Origin: Squalus acanthias
Lineage: Eukaryota
Direction of reading: 5' to 3'
Length of the DNA: 64,000 bases
Assembly: GCA_030390025.1 (NCBI GenBank)
Contig: CM059432.1
Coordinates: forward strand, 34,660,001 to 34,724,000
The notes under the pieces were generated by a model. It saw nothing but the letters and a program-made list of their open reading frames with translations. It made no database searches and was not told the DNA's origin. A program made the position numbers and the translations under genes. Positions 60,445 through 64,000 of the stretch are shown one piece after another (the stretch's first letter is position 1; every line of letters starts with the position of its first letter).

Positions 60445-61950
60445 ATAAGAACATAAGATCATCAGAAATAGGAGCAGGAGTAGGCCATTTGGCCCCTTGA
60501 GCCTGCTCCACCATTCAATAAGATCATGGCTGATCTGGTCTTGGCCTCAACTCCACTTTCCTGCCTGCTCCCCATAACCATTGACTCCCTTATCGTTCAA
60601 AAATCTGTCTATCTCCACCTTAAATATATTCAATGACCCAGCCTCCACAGCCCTCTGGGGTAGAGAATTCCAAAGATTCACAACCCTCTGAGAGAAGAAA
60701 TTCCTCCTCATCTCCGTTTTAAATGGGCGACTCCTTATTCTGAAACTATGTCCCCTAGTTCTAGATTCCCCCACGAGGGGAAACATCCTCTCTGCAGCTA
60801 CCCTGTCAAGCCCCCTCAGAATCTTATACGTTTCGATAAGATCACCTCTCATTCTTCTAAACTCCAATGAGTATAGGCCCAACCTGGTCAACCTTTCTTT
60901 AAGACAACCCCTTCATCTCAGGAATCAACCTACTGAACCTTCTCTGAACTGTACAAGGACCCCCAGATCCCTCTGTACTGCAGCATTTTGTAGTTTCTCT
61001 CTCTCCATTTAAATAATAATTTGCTTTTTTATTTTTCCTACCAAAGTGGATAACCTCACATTTTCCCACATTATACTCCATCTGCCAAATTTTTTCCCCA
61101 CTCACTTAACCTATCTATATCCCTTTGCAGATTCTTTGGGCTGGATTTTGATACTGGGGTGGGTTGGGGTCGTGTTATCCACTTTTCGTGTTATCCACCC
61201 GACTGTAATTGGATGTGGGAGATTGATGCAATTTTTACCTAATTGGGCAATTGAGTTCCAGCATGTGGGAACCCATGAACCAATTAGTGTTTTCAGTCTG
61301 AAAGTCGCCTCTGATGATGTCATCATTGCTGCTGCATTGAAGGTCTGCAAAGACAGCCTGGCCTTTGCTGTGAGAGGACCTGGAGGCAAAATGAAAGAGA
61401 GAGAGAGAGAGCAAAATGAGCAGCAGCCGCCCTTTCCTACTACTACTTCTCCATTATAATAGTGGACCTGCAGCTGATAGTCAGCTTTCGAAATGTGCTC
61501 CCGCCAGGTTTCACATTCGTGGTTCACAACAGGCGTGCTTCACGTAGAACAAGGGTTAAAATCACAAAGGCCTTTCAAAATGGCATTATACAGCCAATTT
61601 AGTGCTTGTTAAAGGCCTTAACAGCCTATCCCGCCTCTTAAAGGCGGGTCGGAGTCAGGACCAGCAGACACGATTTAATGAAAATTGCGTGGAGGCGGAC
61701 TTGTGCCCGCCCGCCAGTTTTTGCAATTTTAACCCCCCACACGCCTCCAAACCCGCCTCCACGGGTCAATGAAAATCCAGCCCTTTGTATCCTCGTCACA
61801 ACTTGCTTTCCCACCTATCTTTGTATCATCAGCAAATTTGGCTACATTACACTCAGTCCCTTCATCCAAGTCATTAATATAGATTGTAAACAGCCGAGGC
61901 CCCAGCACTGATCCCTGTGGCACCCCACTAGTTACAGTTTGCCAACCTGA
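60445..61950 (-). mobile_element. CR1 LINE fragment (itself interrupted by a MITE)
   Basis: [18 protein letters not shown] and the CR1 3' end [14 protein letters not shown]. Confidence 0.88.
61138..61783. mobile_element. Harbinger family B MITE
   Basis: TIRs GGGCTGGATTTTGA / GAAAATCCAGCCC; TSD TTT; close relative of 39070-39682. Confidence 0.9.
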
Positions 61951-62217
61951 TAGGTTGGCAAACTGTAGGTTTTTTCCCTCGTGTTGGTTCGCTCACCTCC
62001 TGCTACAGGCACAGACTGGCAGATATGTCCTTCCGGACTCAGCCAGCTTGTTCAGTAGTGGTGCTACAGAGCAATTCTTGGTGATGGACACTGAAGTCCC
62101 CCACCCAGAGTATATTCTGTGCCCTTGCTACCCTCAGTGCTTCTTCCAAGTGGTGTTCAACATGGAGGAGTACTGATTCATCAGCTGTGGGAGGGCGGTA
62201 GGTGGTAATCAGCAGGA

Positions 62218-63988
62218 GTCACTGTCGCCCTCAATTTCTTCGCCAGCGGATCCTTCCAGTCTGCAACAGGAGATTTAGTGAACATCTCGCAGTTCGCTGT
62301 CCATCGCTGCATCTGGGAGGTCACAGAGGCTCTCTACAGTAGGAGAAGGGACAACATTTGATCCAGGATAGCGGGCTTCCCCATGGTGCAGGGTGCCATT
62401 GACTGCACCCACGTGGCTTTGCAGGCACCACATAACAATCCTGAGGTCTTCCGTAACCGCAAAGGCTACCATTCACTTAATGTGCAGTTGGTTTGCAACC
62501 ACAGAGAGTGAATCCTCAATGTGAATGCCCGCTATCCTGGCAGCAGCCACGAGGCCTTCATCCTGCGCCAGACCGGTGTGCCAGCACTCTTCCAGCCATC
62601 GCATCAAACTCACGGCTGGCTGGTCGGAGAGAAGGGCTATCCGCTCTCCACCTGGCTCATGATTCCCCTCCGCAACCCCAACACTCTTGCTCAGCACTCA
62701 TATAATGAGAGCCATGCTGCCACCAGGAACATCATCGAGCAGACCATCGGGGTGATCAAGCAATGGTTCCGCTGCCTTGACCGCTCGGGAGGAGCCCTCC
62801 AGTACACAATGGAGCGGGTGTCCCATTTCATGGTGGTCTGCCATCATGAGGGCCCAGCCCTTGCCACCAGGGATTGCAGGACCACCTCAGGAGGAGGAAG
62901 AGGGAGAGGAGGAGGAGGACGAGGTGGAAGAGGTTGATGGGGAGGAACAGGAGCGAGAGAGGAGGCAGCTACTCAATCGGTCTTCTGGAAGGGCAGTCCG
63001 TGATCGCCTCATCAGACTGTGGTTCCAATAAATTAAACCCCAGATCCCCATTGCTCACCACATCCCCATCATTCCATTCCTGTCGCAGGCCATATCACAG
63101 CGTAAAGCTGAAATGAGAGACACCACAAAATCTTCCAAAGCCAATTAATAGATTTATCAATAATCAGTGGACACATATTTACAACAACAATATGAACTAT
63201 TCAACCTTGTGCAATCCCTTAGTGCCTCTCGTTACTGTGCCTTTGCCTACTCTAGTGCTCCTACAAAGTGTTGGCCCAGTGGCTGCAGCACGGCTGGTGG
63301 AAGGCTGCTGAGTGTCCGTGTGGGAGACTTCAGATGGCCTTGTAGGACGCCTTCAACCAGCTCTGGGCCTGGAAGGCCCGGCTGTAGACTGCACCACCTC
63401 AGCATGGGCAGCAACCGTCTGGGCTGGCTGGATGACAGGCAGCAACAAGGGCAATGGCGGAATGCCAGTGGTGGGAGCAGGAATGCTGTCATCCTGAGAG
63501 AGGACAGCAGGTTCCTGCTCCACTGACCCACTGGCACTCCCCCAGGGCAGCACCTCAGCATCCCTAGCAATCTGTTGGAGCACAGATTGCTGGCCTGCTG
63601 CGACACCGTGAAAGCCCCGGTGGACGGTAGTCGACCCAGCCACGATGGCAGCAGTCAGAGCTTGCGTGTCATCAAGCTGAGACTGCAAGAGAGCAGTCTG
63701 AGAATCGATGGCACCAAGCATAGACTGCATTACAGCTCTACGATGTTGCGTGGCTTCCACCTGTGCTGAAATGGAAGCTGTGACATTGCCCATCACACGC
63801 GGCATTAGGTCTGGGTCGCAACAGTCTCTCTGGGAGTCCACCATCCTCTGCAGACTGCAAATGATGGGCCACATGGTGTGTGCAGAGCTCTGTGCAATGT
63901 TGGAGGCGGACTGCTCTACACTCCTTAACGTTGCTGAGAGGCTCTCATGCACCATTGCTATTGCACCTATCATCTCCGTGTGCATGCC
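62218..63988. mobile_element. PIF/Harbinger family A partial copy 3, inverted relative to copies 1 and 2
   Basis: Transposase on + ([26 protein letters not shown], ends RLIRLWFQ at 63031) and Myb-gene exon 3 on -. Confidence 0.9.
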
Positions 63989-64000
63989 ACGCGAGTTCTA

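Larger units (their letters stand above)
58156..62217 (-). mobile_element. LINE (CR1/L2 group) ORF2 relic interrupted by a CR1
   Basis: [28 protein letters not shown]; endonuclease piece TTYRPP..WVGDF at ~62050-62217; poly-A-like tail at 58156. Confidence 0.85.

Overview
Eukaryotic genomic DNA, most likely from a cartilaginous fish (inferred from the shark-type CR1/L2 LINEs and Deu-domain SINEs). The only host gene I can support is a class I unconventional myosin on the minus strand, best matching MYO1G. Coding exons 1-11 run from 57342 to 646, all with GT-AG introns and a continuous reading frame; the gene continues beyond base 1. The introns and 5' flank are packed with transposable elements. 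At least three PIF/Harbinger lineages are present: two ~3.95-kb two-gene copies (DDE transposase plus a spliced Myb/SANT gene), a third partial copy, and many MITEs with 3-bp TSDs. There are also CR1 and L2-group LINEs, SINEs, an LTR-like insert and an old retroviral-type integrase relic. Most notable observations: (1) a Penelope-type palindrome carrying an intact minimal hammerhead-ribozyme motif on the pre-mRNA strand; (2) a tandem array that duplicates the exon 2 splice donor next to the myosin P-loop; (3) family-specific subterminal motifs and palindromic target preference among the Harbingers; (4) an unexplained ~310-bp-arm inverted repeat in intron 1; (5) an E-box minisatellite. All comparisons were made by eye or from memory; no database searches were run.
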